Shown here: positions 1 through 10,390 of the stretch, in pieces
Layout of the letters: each line of letters starts with the position of its first letter
Position numbering within the stretch: the stretch's first letter is position 1
From: Balanoglossus misakiensis
Taxonomy: Eukaryota > Animalia > Hemichordata
Length of the DNA: 64,000 nt
Assembly: GCA_040954595.2 (NCBI GenBank)
Contig: CM082585.2
Span: 138,814 to 202,813 of the forward strand
Reading direction: 5' to 3'
The notes under the pieces: generated by a model
What the model was told of the DNA's origin: nothing
The model's input: only the letters and a program-made list of their open reading frames with translations
Database searches by the model: none
Position numbers and translations under genes: made by a program

Positions 1-198
1 TCTGGCTCCGACATACCATCATATTGGCACTTATACCCAGGGCAGGACAAGGCGTACAGTCTATACTTCCATTGTTGGCAAAATATCCCTGTCCGCATTG
101 TGTTGGTGATGAGAGGCTGGCTGTTCCACACATGAAACCCTTGGACACAGCGTGCATGCTTCAGAACATGCTGAACTGTAACTTCCAGCTGCGCAGTC
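1..198 (-). pseudogene. Decayed exon of a Cys-rich GCC2/GCC3 (ephrin-receptor-like, CPxGxxC) repeat protein
   Basis: After acceptor ..ctcctacAG (199-200) the minus strand reads DCAAGSYSSACSEACTLCP / GFMCGTASLSSPTQCGQGYFANNGSIDCTPCPA / GYKCQYDGMSEP; two frameshifts are needed; runs off the window edge. Confidence 0.65.
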
Positions 199-247
199 CT
201 GTAGGAGTGAAGACGTCAAATATTAGGGAGGTTTAGGAGCCCTCTAG

Positions 248-2909
248 TAGTGGGGCAGTTAACAAAAAAATCGTGCACTTTGGGTTAAAAGCATGAAACT
301 TGGTAAACTTATGCATTGACCCATGGCGGCCATTTTCTGATATGGATCCAAAATGACAGCGCCCTCTAGTGGCCAGAAACAGACATTCATACTTAAAAAC
401 CGTGCACTTCGGGTTAAAAGCCTGAAACTTGGTACACTTATGCATTGACCCATGGCGGCCATTTTCTGATATGGATCCAAATGACAGCGCCCTCTTGTGG
501 CCAGAAACTGACATTCACACTTTGCCCCATTAATGGCACTTTTTGGTCATTTGTAACACTCAGAAACAGGAATGTGGGTTGTAAAACATGCTTGCTACCA
601 TACATTCATGTGTATATTATCCTAATCCTGATATACATGTATCAGATCAATCTTGATTACATCTTCCTTCACAGTAACAATGACCACTGCTGTCAGACTA
701 GACCTAAAGCACCTACAGAATCATGTGCATGACTTTTGGCCACTGATTTCCTGAGGTTGACTCTTTTCTTGGGCTTGACTAAGAGTTGTCCAACTTGATT
801 TCCACTGGGATTCTGTTGGTTTGATATAGCTTTGCTAGGTTTCTCACAGCACATGTTCTTTAGATGCTGCCTGTATTCTCGAGAACCCTTGACTTTCTGG
901 AGAAGAGGTGTTGTATTACCCCTTTGCATGACTTTGTGTATTGAACTGGTTGTTATTTCGAAGAAGAAATCGTTCAATTAGTAACATACAAGATTGATCT
1001 GATGCATGTACATCAGGATTAGGATAATATTCAAAGGAATGTATGGGAGCAAGCATGTTATACAACCTACATTCCTGTCTCTGAGTGTTAACACTTTCAC
1101 TGCGTAGTTAATATATGCTAATGTATTCCTGTGCGTAGTTTCCTATGGTAAATTTAACTAATAAACAATGTTTTACTTTACCCTCTCTATCTCTTGTAAT
1201 ATGAAAGTATATGCAACGATATTTCCAGCAAGTATATTTTATAAGACAACCAACATAATAAAACTGAAAAATGGTCACATGACCATTAATTGGTCATGTG
1301 ACACTGGCAGCCATAATGGATTTCTGTCGAAATATGGTAAAAACAACAGATATTGTAATATAAGTGACTGAAATACTGTATTTAATTCATTGTATCACAG
1401 CTGACAGACAAACATAGTCAAAAACAACTTCCCCCTGTATAAAAGGGAATAACAAGTGACTTTTGAGCAAGAAATTTGATCAAATTTATTAATGGACCAT
1501 AAAAACAATTATCAAATCATGCCCACCATTTACATGTATACATGTTTAAAATCTGAGAAAGAAATATAGATTATTAGTGAAAAGGTGAATGATTGAACTT
1601 GTAAATAAATAATAATAATAAAATAAATTAATTAAGTAATTTATTAAATACTCTACGTTTTAATGAATTGCAAGTTGAAGAAATCAAGGTTGGTAAATAT
1701 GAATATACACACATTTAAAAAAAATTCATTAGCATAGTACTGTTTTGGCAATTCATTTCAAATGGATATAATACTCTGACAACATAGACTTCTGGCAAAG
1801 TCCCATCAAGATTTGCAAAGAAACCTACGCCTTCATTTAATTCAGTGAAGTAGGCATCTAGCGAAATCTTGACCGGAAGGGCAACTCATCAATTGCAGGG
1901 TTGTCAAAAAATTGTGCGGTGTACATATCAGTTTGCTCTGACAATGACATCAACTCAAACACATCACCAGGAAAGAACAGCTGAAAAAAGTCAACCGGTG
2001 CAAAGTCATCAGTGTCAACTAATAAACCTTAGCGACGATCGTATACAGACAACAAGTCCGGTGTGTAATTGTCATTTATGTCATACAAAACCCACCGCGT
2101 GTCACCATCAACGTTACGACGTCCGAGAACATGACAAAAACCCTCCCTCTCTCTGTCTCTACTCTGTTGTCTCCGTGTCTGGCTTCTATTTCTGGTTCTA
2201 TGATGTTTTTGTCCGTAATTTGGCTTCCGCTATCGCTATGATCGCTGTCACTATCCTGAAAGACTTGTTCAAGAACTTCGTCGGCATCAAACTTTGCCCA
2301 TGTCGCCATTTTTAAATACCAAGTGAATGAAAAAATATGATCGGGGCGACCTAAAATCAGCTGTATATGGAAACCCTTTGATGACAAAATGGACTTGATT
2401 GTTTACAATACATATGCGCATGCTCAATTAGGGTTGACCCCTGTCCTATATATAGTCATACAAAATGAGTAAATAAGCAACGAACATAAAATAGAACAGA
2501 CCAAGTAACGGACGCGATCTTGGCGCATTTATGCGCCTCCCGCATTCTGACTGCCGGCGCAGAAAATGCCCTCCCGCAGCGAAAGTGTTAAACTTGCCCA
2601 AAAAGTGTCATTAATGGAGGGAAAAGTGTAAATGTCAGTTTCTAGCCACTAGAGGGCGCTGTCTTTTGGGATCCATATTGGAAAATGTCCGCCATGGGTC
2701 AATGAATAATTGTACAAAATTTCATGCTTTTAACCCAAAGTGCACAATTTTTAAGTATGAATGTCTTTTTCTGGCCACTAGAGGGCGCTGTAATTTTGGA
2801 TCCATATCAGAAAATGGCCGCCACGGGTCAATGCATAAGTGTACCAAGTTTTATGCTTTTAACCCAAAGTGCACAATTATGCCAAAATGTGGGGTTAGCT
2901 CCTGCACTA
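248..2909. mobile_element. Non-autonomous DNA transposon, Academ-like (TAGTG..CACTA ends, ~420-bp imperfect TIRs), copy 1, carrying a piggyBac insert
   Basis: Same sequence as 22618-23781 and 32201-33357 apart from the 1092-2587 insert; TIRs contain ~120-bp subrepeats. Confidence 0.75.
1092..2587 (-). mobile_element. piggyBac-type deletion derivative
   Basis: TTAA on both sides (1088-1091, 2588-2591); TIR CACTTTCACTGCG / CGCAGCGAAAGTG; empty site gtgTTAAac in the other two host copies; acidic transposase-like N-terminus MATWAKFDADEVLEQVFQDSDSD (minus strand, from ~2310). Confidence 0.8.
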
Positions 2910-2990
2910 TGTAATATCACGTTTTTTTTCTATGTCACGTGGTACGGTTTCAGCCAATCAAGACTACAGAATACAGAGTGAGGTGTAATA

Positions 2991-3410
2991 ATCAAGTATG
3001 AAGGACCCAATGAACAAACCTCAAACTTGGCACAGTGGATGGGGCAATGAGTGGACATGTACCTAACCCGTGAATGTATAATTAGTCACGTGACATGATG
3101 ACCATATAAGGGCAAAATTTACAAATAAACTATGACAACACCATATTCAAGCATGAAGGACTCAATGTACAAATTTTAACCATGGCACAGTGGACGGGGC
3201 CAATGAGGAGACACGTGCCTAATCCGTGAATATATAATTTGTCACGTGACATGATGACCATATAAGGGCCAAATTTACAAAAAGGCTATGACAACATTGT
3301 ATTCAAGCATGAAGGACTCAATGTAGCAATCTCAAACTTGGCACTGTGGACGAGGCCGTGTGGATGTGACCCCAACAATTAATAGTTAATTAGTCATGTG
3401 ACCTAGCCAT
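2991..3410. repeat. Degenerate tandem repeat, ~155-bp unit, ~2.7 copies
   Basis: Recurring tcaagcatgaaggactcaatg..ttggcacagtgga..gtcacgtgacatgatgaccatataaggg. Confidence 0.7.
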
Positions 3411-4279
3411 AGGCCTATACCTGTACAATGAAGCTATCACATCTATTATGGCATTCTGGTCTATATTATAACGGTCCTGGACAGCCAGTGTTCACTGCAG
3501 CTTGCCAGCAATCACCATCAGTCCCTGTTCACTCCATAAATGGAGACGTACTGCACATGCTCAGAAATAAATTTGCATATCCCGCGAAGTTCGCAAGTGA
3601 GTATCATTCGCTGATTTGTTTACACGTAGACTTTGGTGATTTTCGACACTATGGAGCGGCAACTTCGGAAAATTTCGATGTGGGACGTTACCAGCACATT
3701 CCAGAAGACAGCATGCCATCGTCTGTACAAGTTGAGTGAAATACTTAGAAAGATATCGCCACATACAGTGACCGATCTGCCTGGGCTGCGTTCATGTTTT
3801 TCTCTTGAAATCATGGACAGTGTTATACACCTCTGTATCAATGTTGTTTTAGTGACTTTTTCACACCCGTTCTTTTTGTTTTGAGTGAATAGGATAGTCA
3901 ACTAATTACTGCTGGACAATGGGTGTGAGTTTCATGGCTCTCACATGATGGGGTAATTTGGGGTAACATTTTGAAAATACCATGTCATTTTCAGAACGCG
4001 GTTACAGTGTATGTACATGTGAACAGTGATACATGTACATGTGTCGGTCGGAAATTTAGATCGGGTATACACGTCTGCAGCATCTAACACTCAAACTGCA
4101 ATATTGCCAAACGTGTGTATTGTACACGATATACTACATGTAGTAATTCTATTAGATTTAGTCTGCATTGGTCAATATAATATACGGAAACTAAATATGT
4201 CGATCGGATTTGATCTTTCACAGGTCCAGCTGTGGTTGCGCAGAACATGTCTCCATTTATGGAGTGAACAGGGACTGAC

Positions 4280-4941
4280 CAAGGGGCCGAAATGAGAAGC
4301 CAAATTTCGGGTGACCCCTTGACCTTTGACCCACCTTGAAAAACACATATCTACTTCTACGCTAACTAATACACCTAGGGAGCTGATTTTTGGTGGACAG
4401 GTACAACTATTGGACCAAATCATTTCGCCGCAATGTCACGTGACCTTGGTGACCTTTGAACTATATATAACATAAATGATCATAAGTACATAACTATTAG
4501 ACCGACAGACTTCATATTTGGTGGGATGAAGCATACACATGTACTTGTTACCCCTTGACCTTTGACCTAATTAATTATGTGCATACCTCATTCTAGGCTT
4601 ACCAATAGTGCTAGAGGTTTTGTTTCTGTTGGACATGGACAAGTGTGGGGTCCAATTTTTTCCATAAAATTTTGGGTGACCTCAGGTGATCTACTTTCTC
4701 ATATCTCGGCCTCCAGAGCAGGTACAGCCTTAGCATTTTGAGGGATGGGACTAAAATGAAAAGCCGAATTTTGAGGTCACCTGTACAACTGCTTAACTTA
4801 TTAATTATGTGCATACCTAATTCCAGGCAAACCAATAGGGCTGAAGGTTTGGTTTCTGATGGACCTGGACCAGTATGGGGTCAAAAAATTTTTGCCCAAA
4901 TTTCGGGTGACCTCAGATGACCATTTTGGCTTGCAGCTATA
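4280..4941 (-). repeat. Fragment of the ~239-bp satellite-bearing HINE-like family B
   Basis: Reverse complement resembles the 16471-17930 units; family head tagctgcaagc at ~4930-4940. Confidence 0.65.
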
Positions 4942-4947
4942 TTTTAA

Positions 4948-5239
4948 CCCTAATGCTACTAGGTGTCATACCTGTTTAGAGTGTCAAGTCCCTTAAAATA
5001 TGTATTTGCCATTTTTTCTTCCTAAACATATTTTGACTGTCTTGCCATGGCTCTCATAACTTAGACACACTTAGCAGTCTAAGCCCCCCTTAAATGTACT
5101 AAATCGTACTGGTTTGCTCTGGTTTGGTTTGAGGGTCTTGTATAGGCCCTACTGCGTAACACGCCCTTGGCAGCCTAACAGGCCTGGGAGCCAGGATTCT
5201 AGGCACCCTGGATATCAAACTGACTTGGCAGCGTTAGGG
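4948..5239. mobile_element. piggyBac-type MITE
   Basis: TTAA|CCCTAATGCT ... GCAGCGTTAGGG|TTAA. Confidence 0.7.
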
Positions 5240-5694
5240 TTAAAACTATGTGTAATCACATACTAGATGTTTGAAAAATGGCAATGTCTTCTCTAAATGT
5301 TATCCATCCAAAGGGATCTGACAAGGGTGTCCCCTGTCAGCACTTCATTTTTTGTTTGTCATAGCAATTTTCACGACTGTTATATTAGATTTAGAGTTGA
5401 CTAAAAGATAAATGGTGTCTACGATTCCAAACACATAAAAATTACACCAGTTGTGGACGACACAACATTATTTGATTTGATGAGAGTAGTGTTCATCATG
5501 CCATTAATATTGTCAAAAAATTTGTTAGTTTTAGAAACCCAACTAAATACACGAAAAGTTGGGCTTTAGATTGGTTAACTGAAAATCAGGCCGATTGCAA
5601 TTTTTTGGGATTAAGTGGCCCGATGCTCCCAACAAGTCACTTGGAATGTACTTTCATTCTAATATTGTCATTTATTAGCATGGAGTAATCTTAC

Positions 5695-6530
5695 TTTTTA
5701 CCATAAGGGTGGAACCATGATTCATTCTCAAGAGGGGTCTGGTACCAATACTCATAATTGTCTTCGATACCGGCAGGCATGTATAGCCTATGGCTACGCC
5801 CAGCATGAGGTGGTGATTCATACTGTTGGTTGTATGGACTAGCTGGGTTCGGTGTGGGCCTCATTGAATATGGGGGTGCAGGTGGCGTAAAATATCTGGT
5901 AAACCCTTCCAGTTCATATTGATGGAACGTCCCTGCAAACTCTCCAGGATAATGGTTCTGATCGCATCCCCTCTGTACTGCACGTGGCAAAAGTGTCGAA
6001 ATTGTCCCTATCCCATGCCTCCCCATAACTGAAAACATCCTGTCCCCAAGGCCCTCCTTCACCCAGACTTGGATCATACCTTGATCGGAAAGTGTTTCTG
6101 GGCATGGGTTCAAGGGCATCATTTTCCCAACACCAATAAGAAAGTGTGGGTTGAATCCCCTCCTTCCCACGAATGCTATGTGATCTGCTGTTGTCATATT
6201 CGCCTGCCCTAGGACAAGGAGGGCAACTTCTTTTGGCATTTACCCCACGGCTCCTATTGTTACTACTCATAAAACTGTCTGATGAATAGTAAGTACGGGG
6301 GAATTTTCCGTTTTTGTGTCATACACAACTTTCTTGTGAAACTCTGGTGTCAACCTAAGGTGGGGCATGTCCCGGGGGCACATCTTTCAACATGTCAGGT
6401 GTAACCTTACCAAATTTGTTTCTAAGGGCTACCTTTTCCCTTACCCCTGGTTAGTTCTCAGGGTCCTAGTGTCACATGTATTGATATACACTTTGTGATT
6501 GGAGGTCATCCTGATCGAATCGAAGGCGGC
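5695..6530 (-). pseudogene. Decayed Pro/Tyr-rich coding segment of an unidentified gene
   Basis: About 190 codons (MSSNNRSRG..SWFHPYGK) are open once a 1-nt insertion (~6011, absent from the duplicate at ~8450) is removed; GTAAG donor at 5690-5694; the frame continues upstream through two stops. Confidence 0.4.
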
Positions 6531-6814
6531 TCGCCAATCAACTCAAGAATTAAAGGGACAAAGTCTCTCTCTCGCTGCCATTTTCCCATTAATTATGTTT
6601 GTTATCACATGAACTGGCCCATATAGCCACGTGTGTGACATAGAACATGGGATATAATGCTTACTTACTTCCAGTATTGCTATTTTCATGTATAAACAAA
6701 AATTCAAATGGCTCCATCAATAGAAATTATATTCCGTGGTCAGATAAAATCATATGGTCACCATGTTTAATTTCATTGAATGGCTCTGCTCATAGAAAAG
6801 CCTCATAATTCATA

Positions 6815-8295
6815 GTGGACAATAACACTCTGTTTTATTGCAATTTAAATGGGCGGGTACGAGGTGGCTCTCCCCTAGTCCTGGTACGAGGCTGTGGCAG
6901 TCGCCATCTTGCTTAGCATAGCCACGCTTGTTCAACGCAAAAACAGGCGCGAAAACGAAAAATGACGGAAAGCGCTGATTATGCCTTCGTCGAGTGGTGC
7001 GAATCAACCGGCATGTCGAAAGACACCATCAGTAAATTAACAGATGAAGCGATCACGACAAAATCAACGCTGAAGTGCTTGGATGACAAGGACATTGGCG
7101 ACATAGGTCTCCCAATCGGCCAACGAAGTATACTGCGTCACGCCCGGAACCAACTGTTAGCGGCAGACCCCCAGAGCAAAACCACATTTGAGAAGGAAGA
7201 CATGGCTGAGGCAAAAAATGTCACGACAAAAGACCTGGCCAAGCTTAAGGAACTGAACGAGATGCTACAGTCGATGGGGGACGATACCTTACAAGATCTG
7301 ATTATCGACCAAAAACCGGCATCTGCAGCCAAGTGTCAGAAAGGTGAGCAGAAAACCAAACCCCTTCTCATCCCAGACTATGTGACAACGAAGAAAGGTT
7401 CCTTCGATTCTACCGATGAAACCGAACTGATAACTGAAGGCGATACGAAATTAGTGATGCGCACGGCCACGCAACGCCCTAAGCCCGATCAGGTGACACT
7501 AGCGCAATGGGTGTCAGCTAACGCCAGAATCCTCAAGACATTGATGTCACGTGGTGCTTCGCAGGAGGATGTCTCGGATTACCTTGACCACACAATTAAC
7601 ATTGGCGAATATGTGCAGTCATTCAGTACCCCTTCTGTGATGACGTACGACCACGAATACAGGAAAAAACAGGCCACGTCCGATACTAAATGGGGCACTG
7701 TCAACCTCCATTTGTCTCTATACCATCTAGAAAAACGACAGACTTCCCAAAAGATCAAGGTGTCTGGAAAAGGGCGCACTTTCGACACCAAAGGAAAACA
7801 AATCTGTTTTGATTTCCAGAACCAGAGCAGTTGTAATAGGGCCTCCTGTCGCTACGCGCACGTGTGTATTGAGGAGGGTTGTCAAAAAGACCATCCACAG
7901 TACCGCCATAAAGCTGGGACACCCCACAAAGCCACCAATAATCAGGCCTAGGACAAAATCTCCAGCCCTCTGACGGATCGTTTAGCAACTTGGGAACACG
8001 AACTAGTTTCAGACTTTGACAAGGAATTCTTGATTAACGGTATTAAACATGGCTTTGATATTATTACGCCTGGCATTCCACTCACCAAAGTGGAAAGGAA
8101 CAATTACGCATCAGTTAACAAGGCGAGTAGCCGTGCGGCAGTTGAGGACCAAATCCAGCTGGAAATTGCAAGCGGCAACTATATTTGTGTAGAAACAAAA
8201 CCGGACATTGTTAGTAGTTTGGGAGCAATCCCCAAAAAAGACTCAAAGAAAATCAGACTTATACATGACTGCAGTCAGCCCAAAGGACTTGGTGT
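6815..8295 (+). mobile_element. Truncated duplicate of the Ngaro 5' end (repeat A, gag, start of pol)
   Basis: Matches 9254-10734; pol is cut after RLIHDCSQPKGLGV. Confidence 0.9.
6962..7951 (+). CDS. Ngaro Gag-like ORF1 (duplicate copy)
   Basis: 329 aa; differs from 9401-10390 at 2 residues; C-terminal CCCH-type finger. Confidence 0.85.
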   Translation: MTESADYAFVEWCESTGMSKDTISKLTDEAITTKSTLKCLDDKDIGDIGLPIGQRSILRHARNQLLAADPQSKTTFEKEDMAEAKNVTTKDLAKLKELNEMLQSMGDDTLQDLIIDQKPASAAKCQKGEQKTKPLLIPDYVTTKKGSFDSTDETELITEGDTKLVMRTATQRPKPDQVTLAQWVSANARILKTLMSRGASQEDVSDYLDHTINIGEYVQSFSTPSVMTYDHEYRKKQATSDTKWGTVNLHLSLYHLEKRQTSQKIKVSGKGRTFDTKGKQICFDFQNQSSCNRASCRYAHVCIEEGCQKDHPQYRHKAGTPHKATNNQA

Positions 8296-9400
8296 TGGCC
8301 TCATTGAATATGGGGGTGCAGGTGGCGTAAAATATCTGGTAAACCCTTCCAGTTCATATTGATGGAACGTCCCTGCAAACTCTCCAGGATAATGGTTCTG
8401 ATCGCATCCCCTCTGTACTGCACGTGGCAAAAGTGTCGAAATTGTCCCTACCCATGCCTCCCCATAACTGAAAACATCCTGTCCCCAAGGCCCTCCTTCA
8501 CCCAGACTTGGATCATACCTTGATCGGAAAGTGTTTCTGGGCATGGGTTCAAGGGCATCATTTTCCCAACACCAATAAGAAAGTGTGGGTTGAATCCCCT
8601 CCTTCCCACGAATGCTATGTGATCTGCTGTTGTCATATTCGCCTGCCCTAGGACAAGGAGGGCAACTTCTTTTGGCATTTACCCCACGGCTCCTATTGTT
8701 ACTACTCATAAAACTGTCTGATGAATAGTAAGTACGGGGGAATTTTCCGTTTTTGTGTCATACACAACTTTCTTGTGAAACTCTGGTGTCAACCTAAGGT
8801 GGGGCATGTCCCGGGGGCACATCTTTCAACATGTCAGGTGTAACCTTACCAAATTTGTTTCTAAGGGCTACCTTTTCCCTTACCCCTGGTTAGTTCTCAG
8901 GGTCCTAGTGTCACATGTATTGATATACACTTTGTGATTGGAGGTCATCCTGATCGAATCGAAGGCGGCTCGCCAATCAACTCAAGAATTAAAGGGACAA
9001 AGTCTCTCTCTCGCTGCCATTTTCCCATTAATTATGTTTGTTATCACATGAACTGGCCCATATAGCCACGTGTGTGACATAGAACATGGGATATAATGCT
9101 TACTTACTTCCAGTATTGCTATTTTCATGTATAAACAAAAATTCAAATGGCTCCATCAATAGAAATTATATTCCGTGGTCAGATAAAATCATATGGTCAC
9201 CATGTTTAATTTCATTGAATGGCTCTGCTCATAGAAAAGCCTCATAATTCATAGTGGACAATAACACTCTGTTTTATTGCAATTTAAATGGGCGGGTACG
9301 AGGTGGCTCTCCCCTAGTCCTGGTACGAGGCTGTGGCAGTCGCCATCTTGCTTAGCATAGCCACGCTTGTTCAACGCAAAAACAGGCGCGAAAACGAAAA

Positions 9401-10390
9401 ATGACGGAAAGCGCTGATTATGCCTTCGTCGAGTGGTGCGAATCAACCGGTATGTCGAAAGACACCATCAGTAAATTAACAGATGAAGCGATCACGACAA
9501 AATCAACGCTGAAGTGCTTGGACGACAAGGACATTGGCGACATAGGTCTCCCAATCGGCCAACGAAGTATACTGCGTCACGCCCGGAACCAACTGTTAGC
9601 GGCAGACCCCCAGAGCAAAACCACATTTGAGAAGGAAGACATGGCTGAGGCAAAAAATGTCACGACAAAAGACCTGGCCAAGCTTAAGGAACTGAACGAG
9701 ATGCTACAGTCGATGGGGGACGATACCTTACAAGATCTGATTATCGACCAAAAACCGGCATCTGCAGCCAAGTGTCAGAAAGGTGAGCAGAAAACCAAAC
9801 CCCTTCTCATCCCAGACTATGTGACAACGAAGAAAGGTTCCTTCGATTCTACCGATGAAACCGAACTGATAACTGAAGGCGATACGAAATTAGTGATGCG
9901 CACGGCCACGCAACGCCCTAAGCCCGATCAGGTGACACTAGCGCAATGGGTGTCAGCTAACGCCAGAATCCTCAAGACATTGATGTCACGTGGTGCTTCG
10001 CAGGAGGATGTCTCGGATTACCTTGACCACACAATTAACATTGGCGAATATGTGCAGTCATTCAGTACCCCTTCTGTGATGACGTACGACCACGAATACA
10101 GGAAAAAACAGGCCACGTCCGATACTAAATGGGGCACTGTCAACCTCCATTTGTCTCTATACCATCTAGAAAAACGACAGACTTCCCAAAAGATCAAGGT
10201 GTCTGGAAAAGGGTGCACTTTCGACACCAAAGGAAAACAAATCTGTTTTGATTTCCAGAACCAGAGCAGTTGTAATAGGGCCTCCTGTCGCTACGCGCAC
10301 GTGTGTATTGAGGAGGGTTGTCAAAAAGACCATCCACAGTACTGCCATAAAGCTGGGACACCCCACAAAGCCACCAATAATCAGGCCTAG
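9401..10390 (+). CDS. Ngaro Gag-like ORF1 with SAM-like N-terminus and Cys/His zinc finger
   Basis: FVEWC..LKCLDDKDIGDIGLPIGQRSIL (SAM-like); KPLLIPDYV; YDHEYRKKQA..WG; CFDFQNQSSCNRASCRYAHVC. Confidence 0.88.
   Translation: MTESADYAFVEWCESTGMSKDTISKLTDEAITTKSTLKCLDDKDIGDIGLPIGQRSILRHARNQLLAADPQSKTTFEKEDMAEAKNVTTKDLAKLKELNEMLQSMGDDTLQDLIIDQKPASAAKCQKGEQKTKPLLIPDYVTTKKGSFDSTDETELITEGDTKLVMRTATQRPKPDQVTLAQWVSANARILKTLMSRGASQEDVSDYLDHTINIGEYVQSFSTPSVMTYDHEYRKKQATSDTKWGTVNLHLSLYHLEKRQTSQKIKVSGKGCTFDTKGKQICFDFQNQSSCNRASCRYAHVCIEEGCQKDHPQYCHKAGTPHKATNNQA

Noticed and set aside
233-514. Repetitive ORFs (MHKCTKF.., MDPYQKM..) here and at 2.7, 22.6, 23.5, 32.2, 33.1 and 55.6 kb
   Set aside because: Translations of TIR subrepeats
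693-977. 94-aa ORF preserved in three copies
   Set aside because: Lies in the core of near-identical MITE copies; TTG start; no recognisable domain; preservation reflects recency
3428-3901. Overlapping ~80-100 aa ORFs with splice-like sites
   Set aside because: No recognisable motif; coding status unsupported
8030-8362. 110-aa ORF as a novel gene
   Set aside because: RT N-terminus fused to antisense flank at the duplication junction
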